In this document: piece by piece, positions 35,568 through 45,106 of the stretch
Layout: each line of letters begins with the position of its first letter
Position numbering within the stretch: position 1 is the first letter of the stretch
Assembly (NCBI GenBank): GCA_030706785.1
Contig: JAUZNW010000001.1
Coordinates: 1-63,215, forward strand
Origin: Bacteroidota bacterium
Lineage (GTDB): Bacteria; Bacteroidota; Bacteroidia; Bacteroidales; VadinHA17
Length of the DNA stretch: 63,215 bases
Direction of reading: 5' to 3'
Position numbers and translations under genes: made by a program
Notes under the pieces: model-generated
Databases searched by the model: none
What the model was told of the DNA's origin: nothing
Seen by the model: only the letters and a program-made list of their open reading frames with translations

Positions 35568-36404
35568 ATGTTCAACCTGTCGGGAAATATCAAGGAGGGT
35601 CCGGGAATACCTGAATCAAGGAACCAGGATGAAGCAAAGGTTATGGATCTCTGTAATCAGACCCTGACCAACTGCGCCTCAATTCTGACAGGAATTTCCC
35701 ATGAAATGAGAACGCAAATGAATGCAGTTGTTGCGTTTTCCTTCATGCTTAAAAATAAAGATTACAGTGAAGAGGAAAGAGAAGATTTCAGTAACCAGAT
35801 CTATTCCTCGTGTGAACAAATAATATCACTGTTCGACAATTTTCTTGATTCTGCAATCATTGATACGGGTAATTCAAAGGCAGAACCGGGAATATGCGAT
35901 CCGGACAAACTAATAAACAACTTAATTTCAGAATTCAGGGCTACTTTGAAAAAGGACAGGTACAAGGACCTGATCCTTATGACTGAGAACCAATCGTTGA
36001 GCCCGGCAGAGTGCATCATTGATACAAACAGGCTGACAAGGGTAATTCGTAACCTGTTTGAAAATGCTCTGTCAAACACAAAAGCGGGATATATAAAAGC
36101 CGGCTATTATTTCAGGGATGACAGACTGACTTTTTATATACTCGATTCGGGGCAGGGCTATGCCAAGAACAAAGAATTCCTACAAAGCAGGGATATTGCG
36201 ATCCCTCTTGCCAGGTTCAGTGATACTTATTCGGCAGTCAATCTCGCTCTTACACGCAAGCTTATCCAGTTACTTGATGGATCTGTTTGGATAGAAAACA
36301 ATGGATCAACGGGATCCGGGATCTATTTTTCAATTCCTGCGCCTACCGCAGTATCAGCCGAAAATGTTTTGAACAAATTTTCGAATACCATGAGCACGAT
36401 CTGA
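35568..36404 (+). CDS. Soluble histidine kinase core (DHp plus HATPase_c) without a recognisable sensor domain
   Basis: 278 aa. H-box ISHEMRTQMNAV at about residue 44, N-box RNLFENALSNT, G1 LDSGQG and G2 GSTGSG. There are no TM segments and no adjacent response regulator. Confidence 0.85.
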   Translation: MFNLSGNIKEGPGIPESRNQDEAKVMDLCNQTLTNCASILTGISHEMRTQMNAVVAFSFMLKNKDYSEEEREDFSNQIYSSCEQIISLFDNFLDSAIIDTGNSKAEPGICDPDKLINNLISEFRATLKKDRYKDLILMTENQSLSPAECIIDTNRLTRVIRNLFENALSNTKAGYIKAGYYFRDDRLTFYILDSGQGYAKNKEFLQSRDIAIPLARFSDTYSAVNLALTRKLIQLLDGSVWIENNGSTGSGIYFSIPAPTAVSAENVLNKFSNTMSTI

Positions 36405-36458
36405 TACCAGATGTTCAATTAACCAACCTAGATGTCTGAACAACCCAAGCGTGAGCTG

Positions 36459-36488
36459 AAACAGCTGACCTCCCCGGTCAGCTGTTTT
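36459..36488 (+). terminator. Rho-independent terminator (11-bp stem) after the histidine kinase gene, overlapping the stop of the convergent OmpA-family gene
   Basis: aacagctgacc-tcccc-ggtcagctgtt is followed by ttatttc. Confidence 0.75.
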
Positions 36489-38424
36489 ATTTCTTCAGTC
36501 CTATGATTTTAACTTCAGTCCTTCTGTTGAGCTTCCTGCCTTCATAGGTCACATTATCGCCTACCGGGGATGTATTTCCGTAGCCTTTGTATTTCAGACG
36601 ATCGGATGATATGCCGTTATCAATAAGATAATTAACTACTGAAAGAGCTCTTTTTTCCGACAGTATCTGGTTATGCTCATCAGTGCCCGTGGCATCAGTG
36701 TAACCACCGATCTCAACCTTTATTCCCTTGTTTTCCTTCAGAAGATCGCACAGCTTGTTCAGTTCGGCAAGTGATTCCTTTTTAAGAGTCCAGGAATCAA
36801 CTTCATAGAAGATATTTGCCAGCGACATGCTCTCCCCTATTTTCAGAGGAGATAACCTGATCTTTTTCAGGAATGGTTCCAGTACAGTGTGCTGACCCTC
36901 AAACATAAAATTCTCCGAATAAAACAGATAGCCTTTTTTACTGACATTCAATCCATAATTGTATCCTGATGGCAGGCATACCAGAAAGTTCCCGGCTTCA
37001 TCAGTGGAATTATGTACAACCGTATGCTGCCTTGACAGATTTATCAATTCATACTCAGCGACAAGAGACTGACCGGTTTCCTTATCGGAGACCTTGCCTT
37101 TGAGGTAGGCTACAGGATCAGGCCTTATAGCCTCATAGAGCCTGAATGAGTAAATGTTTTTTCCTGTTTTACCATCCCTGATGGATGAAAAATACGCCTT
37201 CTGGCCGCTTGATTCTATTACAAGACCCATCTCATCGTTGTAGGTATTGATCGGATAGCCAAGATTAACCGGTTCCGACCAGGTGCTGTCATCCTGCATC
37301 CGCGAGAAATAGATATCAAATCCGCCCATTCCCGGCCTGCCGTCCGAAGAAAAATAAAGCGTCTTGCCGTCAAAATGGATAAAAGGTGACATTTCATCAC
37401 CCGGAGTATTTATCTTGTTCCCAAGGTTTCTCGGACGGATCCACTTATTATTACTGTTGAGACGTGAAAACCATAGATCTTTTCCTCCGATACCACCAGG
37501 CCTGTTGCTTGAAAAAAAGAGCATCTGGTCATCAGCGCTGATCGACGGCTGTGATTCCCAGTATTGGGTATTTACAGGACTGCCAAGGTCAACCGGAATA
37601 GTCCATTTACCATGGTTAAAGGCTGAAAAGAAAATATCACAGCTGCCAAGTCCTCCCGGCCTGTTACAACCGGTGAAGAACATATAGGTTCCATCAGATG
37701 ACAAGCTTTGCGCTCCCTCATTATCATCACTGTTAAGAGGGCTTCCGGCATTTACTGCCGTCTGCCATTTATTGCCGGAAAAATAACTGATGTAGAAATC
37801 CTCCAGCCCAGCCTTGCTCAGTCGTCCGTTCTCAACCGGGCGCGGCTGGCGGGTAAATATCATCGTCTGACCATCCGCGGTTATTGACGGCCAGTATTCA
37901 TCATCGGTGGTATTTATCCCGTCTCCCACACTTTCAGGACTGAATGGTACGGGATGCTTAATGGCTTCAACTGCAAACTGGCAGTTCTTAACATTCTTGA
38001 CTGCCAGATCATGGTTCTTCTCGGAAGAGGGCTTCTGTGCCAGGTATATGTTATAGTGACATAGAGCTTTATTATAATCTCCTGACATCATTTCCGCAGT
38101 CGCCATACTGAAAAATACCGGCATGTAAAAAGAGGAATCGATCGATACTGCCGTCTGATAACTTATGGCAGCTTCCGCAAATCTTCGTAGTTTTGACTGC
38201 AGCTCGCCAAGCATCATATAAGCTTCATAAAACCTGTTGTCAGTTTCAATAGCCTGTTTGAAATTTCGCTCTGCACCTGAAAAGTCAAGGTAATCATATG
38301 ACGTCAAACCTTCTTTATAGGCTTTCATCGCTTTTGCAGATGTGGTATGAAATTTCTGTGAGAATCCCTTCTCAGCATTTAAGAAAGCAAAAAAGAATAC
38401 CAGAATGAAAACAAATGATTTCAT
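36487..38424 (-). CDS. OmpA-family protein with TPR, TolB-like beta-propeller repeats, a carboxypeptidase-regulatory-like domain and a C-terminal OmpA domain
   Basis: Signal peptide MKSFVFILVFFFAFLNA from the ATG at 38424. It has repeated W.SQPSISADG / FFSSNRPGG motifs. The C-terminal OmpA motif is GYTDATGTDEHNQILSEKRALSV. The track ORF extends to 38619 but would then overlap queE. Confidence 0.85.
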   Translation of the reverse strand: MKSFVFILVFFFAFLNAEKGFSQKFHTTSAKAMKAYKEGLTSYDYLDFSGAERNFKQAIETDNRFYEAYMMLGELQSKLRRFAEAAISYQTAVSIDSSFYMPVFFSMATAEMMSGDYNKALCHYNIYLAQKPSSEKNHDLAVKNVKNCQFAVEAIKHPVPFSPESVGDGINTTDDEYWPSITADGQTMIFTRQPRPVENGRLSKAGLEDFYISYFSGNKWQTAVNAGSPLNSDDNEGAQSLSSDGTYMFFTGCNRPGGLGSCDIFFSAFNHGKWTIPVDLGSPVNTQYWESQPSISADDQMLFFSSNRPGGIGGKDLWFSRLNSNNKWIRPRNLGNKINTPGDEMSPFIHFDGKTLYFSSDGRPGMGGFDIYFSRMQDDSTWSEPVNLGYPINTYNDEMGLVIESSGQKAYFSSIRDGKTGKNIYSFRLYEAIRPDPVAYLKGKVSDKETGQSLVAEYELINLSRQHTVVHNSTDEAGNFLVCLPSGYNYGLNVSKKGYLFYSENFMFEGQHTVLEPFLKKIRLSPLKIGESMSLANIFYEVDSWTLKKESLAELNKLCDLLKENKGIKVEIGGYTDATGTDEHNQILSEKRALSVVNYLIDNGISSDRLKYKGYGNTSPVGDNVTYEGRKLNRRTEVKIIGLKK

Positions 38425-38431
38425 TCCGAAC

Positions 38432-39061
38432 TCAGGGTATGTGCATGTACTTATGAATCTGAAGAGAGATCCTCCAGACAGGATTCTTCTTGACATAGCT
38501 GACAATTTCCGGAATAATGACTTTGAAACGGCTCCATTCAGGCTGTAAAAAAAGCTTGCATTCCGGCCCGACCATTTTCTTATATCTTTCAGCCTGTTTA
38601 AAATCATCCTGAGTTTCAATTATAACTTTCAGTTCATCAGCCTGTTTGAAAATATTGTCTGACGGAGGCATGTTTTTCTTGGGCGACAGACATATCCAGT
38701 CCCATTTCCCGCTTAATGCGTAAGCTCCTGAAGTCTCTATGAAGGTACTTATTTTTCTCTCCCGGAGCATGGAGCACAAGGTTTCAAGATTCCACATGAG
38801 CGGCTCTCCGCCGGTCACTACAACTGATTTGGCGCCTGATTGTATTGCATGTCCGGCAATGGTTTCAGTTTCAATAAGAGGGAACATTTCAGCATTCCAT
38901 GAAAAACGTGAATCACACCAGTTACAGCCGATATCGCAACCTCCCAGGCGTATAAGCCATGCAGCCTTACCTGCATTAAATCCTTCCCCCTGGATGGTAA
39001 AAAATTCCTCTACCAGGGGTAGCTTTGTACCATCACTCACACCATCCAAAGCTTTTGCCAT
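38432..39061 (-). CDS. queE: 7-carboxy-7-deazaguanine synthase (radical SAM)
   Basis: 209 aa. It has EEFFTIQGEGFNAGKAAWLIRLGGCDIGCNWCDSRF (the CxxxCxxC cluster motif in QueE context). Confidence 0.9.
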   Translation of the reverse strand: MAKALDGVSDGTKLPLVEEFFTIQGEGFNAGKAAWLIRLGGCDIGCNWCDSRFSWNAEMFPLIETETIAGHAIQSGAKSVVVTGGEPLMWNLETLCSMLRERKISTFIETSGAYALSGKWDWICLSPKKNMPPSDNIFKQADELKVIIETQDDFKQAERYKKMVGPECKLFLQPEWSRFKVIIPEIVSYVKKNPVWRISLQIHKYMHIP

Positions 39062-39087
39062 CCTTCAAAACGTTTTGTGTATCTGAT

Positions 39088-40851
39088 TTATTTTCCGAAT
39101 AATAACTGATAATCCCTTGATTTTGCTGCATTAACCCATTTCTCAGGAATAATTTTCCAGTTATCAAGGGTTTCAGGTTTTATTGTCTTTGCCGATTCAA
39201 GATACTTCATTATATAATACCTCAGATCCTTATCGGTTGAGTTTTTAAGTCGCTTTGCCAGTTCATCCCTGTTGATTCCGGCACCATCAGTAAAATGGCC
39301 CCCTCCTCCGTTGGCGCGATATGAATTTACAGCAACCAGATATGTCTTATCCATTTCGAAAGGCTTCCCGTTTGATAATGATTTTATTGTCACCATTTTA
39401 CCTTCAGGTTTACTGACATCTACTGTATAGTTGATCCCGGCAGCAGAGTCAAAATTATATGGTTGATTTTTCAGCCATGCTTTTCCCTTAACAAGTTCAG
39501 GATTGCCTTTTTTATCAAGCCTGAATTTCAATAGAAAATCACCCGGGCCCTTCATTGTATTTAACCAGTCTGAATATGAAAACTCCAGGTAATTCTTTAT
39601 CTCCTCCCCGGTCATAGACATTGTGTAAAGCATGTTCTCAAACCTGTAAAGTTTGAACATGTCTCCGGTCGTGACAGGTCCTGCCGGGATCTTTACGTCA
39701 AAGGACAAGGGTGCAGCAAAAGATATATCTGCATGAGTTATGTCGAGCTGTATTTTATGAATAAGATCGACAAATGCAGACGGACCGAAATATGAATCCC
39801 GCGATGAAACAGGTGCCTTAAAAGTTGCAATGGTTTTGTCGACATATTCATTTAATGTTCTTTTTTGTCCCTCAAACCTTGCCGTAAAGTCCGGATCAGC
39901 TTCGTAATCTTTAACATCAATGATATTGCCCTTTATGGCTTTTTGATATCTGTGTCCTCCTCTGAGTCCGCTGAATTTAATATCGGCTCTCATTAAATGC
40001 TCCGACCTGCTGCCTCCCTCCATTACCAGAACGGTATCTCCGGCAAAGTTTACGATCTTCTTATTTACTACATTATGATTATGCCCGCAAAGGATTATGT
40101 CAAATCCGGGCACCTGCCTGGCTACAGAGCCAGATCCGATCTCATTGTGTGAACCTGCAAGGGTTTCATTATCACCTTCCTCATCCCATCCTGAATGGAA
40201 GAGCCCGACAATCAAATCAGGTTTCTCTTTTTTTATTAGGGGAATCCATTTCCCGGCAGTCTCAACCAGATCCCTGAATTCGATGCCGGAATAGAGTTCC
40301 GGCGGTAGCCATGACGGGACCGATGGGGTGATCAGACCCAGTACAGCAATCCTGATTCCGTTCTTTTCAAGTATTATGTATGGCTTGAAATACGGATTGC
40401 CAGTCGATCTATCAACAGCATTAGCAGCAAGCAGCGGGAAATTATATTTCTTTGCAAGCCTGTCGTACACAGAGTGCCCTGCCTCGATATCATGATTCCC
40501 TACTGAAGCGGCATCATAACCGATTAAATTCATTGCTTCAGCATTCAGGTGCGGAGAGACTGTGTCTATGAAATTATAATAATACACCTCGGGCTGTCCC
40601 TGAAGGTTATCACCGTTATCAAGTACGATAACCGCTTCGTTTTCCTTCCTTGCCTTTTGTACATAAGTATATACCCCTGCAAGTGATACATCGATATCCT
40701 TCTTTTCAATGAAATCATATGGCAGGATCACGCCATGAACATCTGTCGTGGCCAGGATTGTGATAGTCCTGATTTTTCCTTCTGAGCATGAAGCAAGAAA
40801 AATCAGGATCACTGCCGGGATCAGGTAAAATCTGTAATGTCTGAGATTCAT
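39088..40851 (-). CDS. Bifunctional metallophosphatase/5'-nucleotidase (UshA/CpdB-like) lipoprotein
   Basis: Lipobox FLASCS. Metallophosphatase motifs are TTDVHG, DNGDNLQG, GNHDIE and GHNH. A C-terminal 5'-nucleotidase substrate-binding domain is present. Confidence 0.85.
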   Translation of the reverse strand: MNLRHYRFYLIPAVILIFLASCSEGKIRTITILATTDVHGVILPYDFIEKKDIDVSLAGVYTYVQKARKENEAVIVLDNGDNLQGQPEVYYYNFIDTVSPHLNAEAMNLIGYDAASVGNHDIEAGHSVYDRLAKKYNFPLLAANAVDRSTGNPYFKPYIILEKNGIRIAVLGLITPSVPSWLPPELYSGIEFRDLVETAGKWIPLIKKEKPDLIVGLFHSGWDEEGDNETLAGSHNEIGSGSVARQVPGFDIILCGHNHNVVNKKIVNFAGDTVLVMEGGSRSEHLMRADIKFSGLRGGHRYQKAIKGNIIDVKDYEADPDFTARFEGQKRTLNEYVDKTIATFKAPVSSRDSYFGPSAFVDLIHKIQLDITHADISFAAPLSFDVKIPAGPVTTGDMFKLYRFENMLYTMSMTGEEIKNYLEFSYSDWLNTMKGPGDFLLKFRLDKKGNPELVKGKAWLKNQPYNFDSAAGINYTVDVSKPEGKMVTIKSLSNGKPFEMDKTYLVAVNSYRANGGGGHFTDGAGINRDELAKRLKNSTDKDLRYYIMKYLESAKTIKPETLDNWKIIPEKWVNAAKSRDYQLLFGK

Positions 40852-40865
40852 AGGAGCAAAATTAA

Positions 40866-43688
40866 TTAATCATTGACCAGGTTGTAACCGTCTTTCTTGC
40901 CTTTCTCGGTCTGAGGGATACCGTACTTCATCCAGGATGGAATCGGAGCTCCCTTCAGATAATGGTCAAAAAACTGCATCTTCCTTATTGAGAGATCCTT
41001 CCTGTTTGGTCGTTTTATCAGGTTATGCGCTTCATCATTATATGAAAGCATCCACGCAGGCTTACCCAGCCTTCTCAGGGCCGTAAGGAATTCTATTCCC
41101 TGGTACCAGGGGACAGCACCATCAGCATCGTTATGCATTAAAAGCAGGGGAGTATTTATCTTTGGAACGAAAAAGACCGGAGAATTCTCTATGAACTGGA
41201 GCGGTTTCTCCCAAATTGTCCCTCCAATCCTGCTCTGGTCGTGTTCATACTGAAACATCCTGCTCATTCCTGATTCCCACCTGATTCCCCCATAGGCGCT
41301 TATCATATTGCTTACGGCCGCTCCTGCGTATGCGCACTTGAAAAGGTCAGTCCTTGTAACCAGCCACGCAATCTGGTATCCTCCCCAGCTCTGTCCGTCA
41401 AGGCCCAGTCTTTCCCTGTCGATAAAATCATATCTGTCGAGAAGTGCATACGTTCCGCTCATTACCGCATTATAGCAGCTTTCACCAGGGTATCCGATGC
41501 GATATGTTATGTCAGGGACAAAAAGAAGATACCCGTTGCTTACCGCAAATGACCGGTTGATTATCGAAGCACTTGGGGCAGGAGGAAAATAATTGTAAAA
41601 GCCATCCGAACTTCTCTCATAAAAGTACACTATCATAGGGTATTTCTTTGAAGCGACAAAGTCTTCAGGCTTATAAAGGATTCCCTGAAGCTTTTGTTTA
41701 TCGAATGAAGTCCATTCTACCAGCTCGGCAGTGAGCCAGTTAAAGCTGCTTTGCTGAGGGTTGGTGACGGATAGTTTTTTGATATTGGTAAAATTAAGAT
41801 CGCTGACAAAAAGCTCAGGTGAAACCGAAAATGATTCTTTCTGCCAGATTACCCTGTCGGCATTTTTTGCTTTGGTCAGCAGACGCGGGAATGAAGCTTT
41901 CTCAAAGATGAGCTTTACCGGATCCTTCCTGTTAAAGAGGTTGATATAATAAAATCCTGCCTCTTTGTTCACATAGTTGAAGGTGGAAAGATAAAGAGGG
42001 CCTTTTAATGGAATGTATTCAACGTCCGGATCCAGATTAATATATCTGAATCTCAGATTATTTGTCCGGCCATATCCATTGGTTAAATTGACGGGTGCTT
42101 CATTCCTGTCAGTTTCGAATGACCAGATATCGTATCTGTCATATAACAGGACCTGTCGTTCACTTTCGGTAAACCCTGCAACACCGTAGGGTTCGGGATC
42201 ACTGGGGGTATCGTTGAGTTCATCATAGAAGGGAAAATTCCCGGGAACTGAAAGCATCCTCAAAATCTCTCCCGTTCCTGATCTCAGCGCCCATTCCTTT
42301 TTGTCAACATCCCAGCTGAGGATAAACTTCCCTCCGGGTGACAGCACAACCTGCGAGGGGTATCCGGTTAAAAGCTTCTGCCTGACTCCGTTTTCCAGGT
42401 TCACGATAAAATAATCCTGATAATCTCTTGATTCCCAGGATATGAGCTTACGATACCTTTTACCTGATGTACCGAGTGCATAATTACCTGATGATTTCAG
42501 ATCGAACCTGATAACGGGCATCGATGTATCTGCCAGCTGAAACATGATATTCCTGTCTGTATGGTAAACTGCCCTGTAGAACCTCTTCAATTCCTGATCT
42601 AGCTCTTTTTTCTGCATAGGCTGCAGCAGATCGTCATTCCATGACCAAATGTCGAGCTTATATTTTTCTTCATCAAGCAGCGTATCTTCAGGCTCTTTGA
42701 CAGGCTTTTGTGCTGTTCCGAAAAAGAGCCTGGTGCCGTCATTCGAAAATGTGATAGTACCATTCTCGCTTACGGACCACCCTGAGGGCATAGCCATAGT
42801 AGTGGTATCAACTATCCTGACAGCATTGTTAAATGAGGCTGACAACCAGAGATCGTAGATCCTGGTCTTAGCGGTATCACCTGAATATATAAAAGCAGAA
42901 TACTTACCAGAAGGATCATCCGCAATATTTTTTGCGCTGCCCTTACCCTCAAAAACGATCCTGGACTGTTCCTTCCCGGTATCAAAGACATTTACTTTGA
43001 AATTTTCAATTTTAGTAGTATCTGGTATATCCTGAATAAAGCTTATGGAGCCTCCATTTTTTGCTACGGCATATTCGATTACATCCTGGAACCTGAATTC
43101 TTTTCCCGATATCGGCTCAAGAATAACAAATTCAGCCCCTTTTGGCTCAGGTGTCTTTGTCGATTTCTTCTGATTTGCTTTTACGTTATTTAAGGAATCA
43201 GCTTTCTGTTTATCATCCTTTTTCCCGGATGGTTTCTTCTCAAGCAGGTAAGCCATCCACAAGCTTTTTTCAGAGGGGACCATAAATGACTTTACAGCAG
43301 GTATACTAACAGTCTCACCTTCAGGAAGTCTTCTTATTTCAAGGTTGTTTTTAGGCATTTGATCCTCCTTAAGCTTCTTCTTTTTGGCCTGCCTGGTAAC
43401 CAGGTAAGCCGGCTTCACCGAATAAGCGACATACCTGGAATTAGCAGAAAAGGAGGGATTAATCCCTCGAGCAACCGAGTCTTTCCTTCCTGTCAATAAA
43501 TTAAAGATGTAAAGCCATCCGTCCCCCTGCTGAGGCTCAATGATATAAGCAATCCAGTTGCCATCGTCAGATATTATTTGCCGGGTTATGCTTTTCCAGC
43601 TGTCATAAACCGACTGATCGAGAGGAGGCTTTTGTGCCTGAAGGTTTATCGCCGCACAAAACAATGCCAGTAGAAAAATCCTTTTCAT
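40866..43688 (-). CDS. S9-family serine peptidase (prolyl oligopeptidase/dipeptidyl-peptidase-like) with an N-terminal beta-propeller
   Basis: 940 aa with a signal peptide. The catalytic triad context is GQSWGGYQ (Ser), HNDADGAVP (Asp) and DEAHNL (His). Confidence 0.85.
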   Translation of the reverse strand: MKRIFLLALFCAAINLQAQKPPLDQSVYDSWKSITRQIISDDGNWIAYIIEPQQGDGWLYIFNLLTGRKDSVARGINPSFSANSRYVAYSVKPAYLVTRQAKKKKLKEDQMPKNNLEIRRLPEGETVSIPAVKSFMVPSEKSLWMAYLLEKKPSGKKDDKQKADSLNNVKANQKKSTKTPEPKGAEFVILEPISGKEFRFQDVIEYAVAKNGGSISFIQDIPDTTKIENFKVNVFDTGKEQSRIVFEGKGSAKNIADDPSGKYSAFIYSGDTAKTRIYDLWLSASFNNAVRIVDTTTMAMPSGWSVSENGTITFSNDGTRLFFGTAQKPVKEPEDTLLDEEKYKLDIWSWNDDLLQPMQKKELDQELKRFYRAVYHTDRNIMFQLADTSMPVIRFDLKSSGNYALGTSGKRYRKLISWESRDYQDYFIVNLENGVRQKLLTGYPSQVVLSPGGKFILSWDVDKKEWALRSGTGEILRMLSVPGNFPFYDELNDTPSDPEPYGVAGFTESERQVLLYDRYDIWSFETDRNEAPVNLTNGYGRTNNLRFRYINLDPDVEYIPLKGPLYLSTFNYVNKEAGFYYINLFNRKDPVKLIFEKASFPRLLTKAKNADRVIWQKESFSVSPELFVSDLNFTNIKKLSVTNPQQSSFNWLTAELVEWTSFDKQKLQGILYKPEDFVASKKYPMIVYFYERSSDGFYNYFPPAPSASIINRSFAVSNGYLLFVPDITYRIGYPGESCYNAVMSGTYALLDRYDFIDRERLGLDGQSWGGYQIAWLVTRTDLFKCAYAGAAVSNMISAYGGIRWESGMSRMFQYEHDQSRIGGTIWEKPLQFIENSPVFFVPKINTPLLLMHNDADGAVPWYQGIEFLTALRRLGKPAWMLSYNDEAHNLIKRPNRKDLSIRKMQFFDHYLKGAPIPSWMKYGIPQTEKGKKDGYNLVND

Positions 43689-43909
43689 CCTGTTTTAAGT
43701 AATTTTTCAAATGAAGTCATAAACTTAAAAAAGAATATTTACTTTCAGGGAATTTTGGTAGTATAATTGAATTCAAGATTGGTAAACTTGACCGTAAGTT
43801 GCTGGGTGCAGGTTGCTTGTTGGAGGTTAAGATCACACCTGATAATAACCGGTAATCAGCACCCGGCAAAAACAATTCTGTATAATCATAAGAATATCAT
43901 GAATAAGTG

Positions 43910-45085
43910 ATGGTACTGACTGGATTGGATCAGATAAGGATAAACCTTCCACATAAGCTGGCAGGGAAAAGAATCGGCATCTTATGCCATGCTGCCAGCG
44001 TTGCAGGCGATTTTACTCACATCACCAAGATCTTCGCCGGCAGAAAGGATTGCCGGATGACAGCCATATATGGTCCGCAGCATGGGCTATATGGACAGAC
44101 GCAGGACAATATGATTGAGTGGCAAAGTACAAAGCACCCTTACTATGGAGTGCCTCTGTACAGCCTTTACGGGGAACTTCGGAAGCCCTCCCGGGAAATG
44201 CTTGGTGATATTGATGCTTTTGTTGTGGATCTCCAGGATGTTGGGGCAAGGTTATATACTTATATCTGGACAGTAAAACTATGCATGGAAGCCTGCAGTG
44301 AGACAGGCATACCTGTCTGGATCCTTGACAGGCCAAATCCGGTAGGAAGGCTGCCATTTGACGGACCTGTGCTAAAAAAGGAATATTTTACTTTCGTCGG
44401 GGGAGCCTCTATTCCATTGTGCCACAGGATGACAATGGGGGAAATGTCAGTCTGGATAAAGGAAAAATATGTGCCGGGATGTGACCTTAATCTGGTCCGG
44501 ATGAAAGGCTGGCAACGAAATTCCCTGTTCAATGAAACAGGACTGCCATGGGTTTTGCCGTCGCCCAATATTCCAACCCTGCAAACTGCTGTGGTCTATC
44601 CTGGAACTGTACTTTTCGAAGCCCTGAATCTTTCGGAGGGAAGGGGAACCTCTATCCCATTTGAACTCATTGGAGCTCCTTTCATTGATGCCGTCAGACT
44701 TAAAAAGAATCTAGACTCAAGAAACATCCCGGGTTGTATTTTCAGGATACATGATTTCATTCCAACATTCAACAAATTCGCAGGTAAACTCTGTCATGGT
44801 CTGCAGATCCATGTGACTGAACCTGAGAAATATTACCCTGTTGCAACTGCCTACGAAATAATTCATGCTATTCTCGAGACTTCTTCCCGGGATTCGCTCC
44901 ATTTTAATCCGCCTCCTTATGAATATGAGTACAGGCTGATGCCGTTCGATATACTTTCTGGTGATTCCGTTATGAGAGAATCCCTCCTGAGCAGGACTCC
45001 TCTCCGGAAAGAACGGTTAAGATGGGATGCGGAGATAGAGGAATTCTCGAAAGATTTCCGACAGATTAAATTTTATGATGAGTAA
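43910..45085 (+). CDS. DUF1343 family protein (NamZ-like exo-beta-N-acetylmuramidase)
   Basis: About 391 aa. The N-terminus (GLDQI...KRIGILCHAASV) and the conserved core (DLQDVGARLYTYIWT, LDRPNP) are typical of DUF1343/YbbC/NamZ. The ATG is at 43910, and the GTG at 43907 is also possible. Confidence 0.75.
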   Translation: MVLTGLDQIRINLPHKLAGKRIGILCHAASVAGDFTHITKIFAGRKDCRMTAIYGPQHGLYGQTQDNMIEWQSTKHPYYGVPLYSLYGELRKPSREMLGDIDAFVVDLQDVGARLYTYIWTVKLCMEACSETGIPVWILDRPNPVGRLPFDGPVLKKEYFTFVGGASIPLCHRMTMGEMSVWIKEKYVPGCDLNLVRMKGWQRNSLFNETGLPWVLPSPNIPTLQTAVVYPGTVLFEALNLSEGRGTSIPFELIGAPFIDAVRLKKNLDSRNIPGCIFRIHDFIPTFNKFAGKLCHGLQIHVTEPEKYYPVATAYEIIHAILETSSRDSLHFNPPPYEYEYRLMPFDILSGDSVMRESLLSRTPLRKERLRWDAEIEEFSKDFRQIKFYDE

Positions 45086-45106
45086 ATGTTCCCGTACATT
45101 TACTGG

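Noticed and set aside
38425-38619. N-terminal 65-codon extension of the OmpA-family ORF
   Set aside because: The extension overlaps the 3' end of queE by about 190 nt and is not signal-peptide-like. The ATG at 38424 gives a canonical signal peptide and leaves a 7-nt gap after the queE stop.
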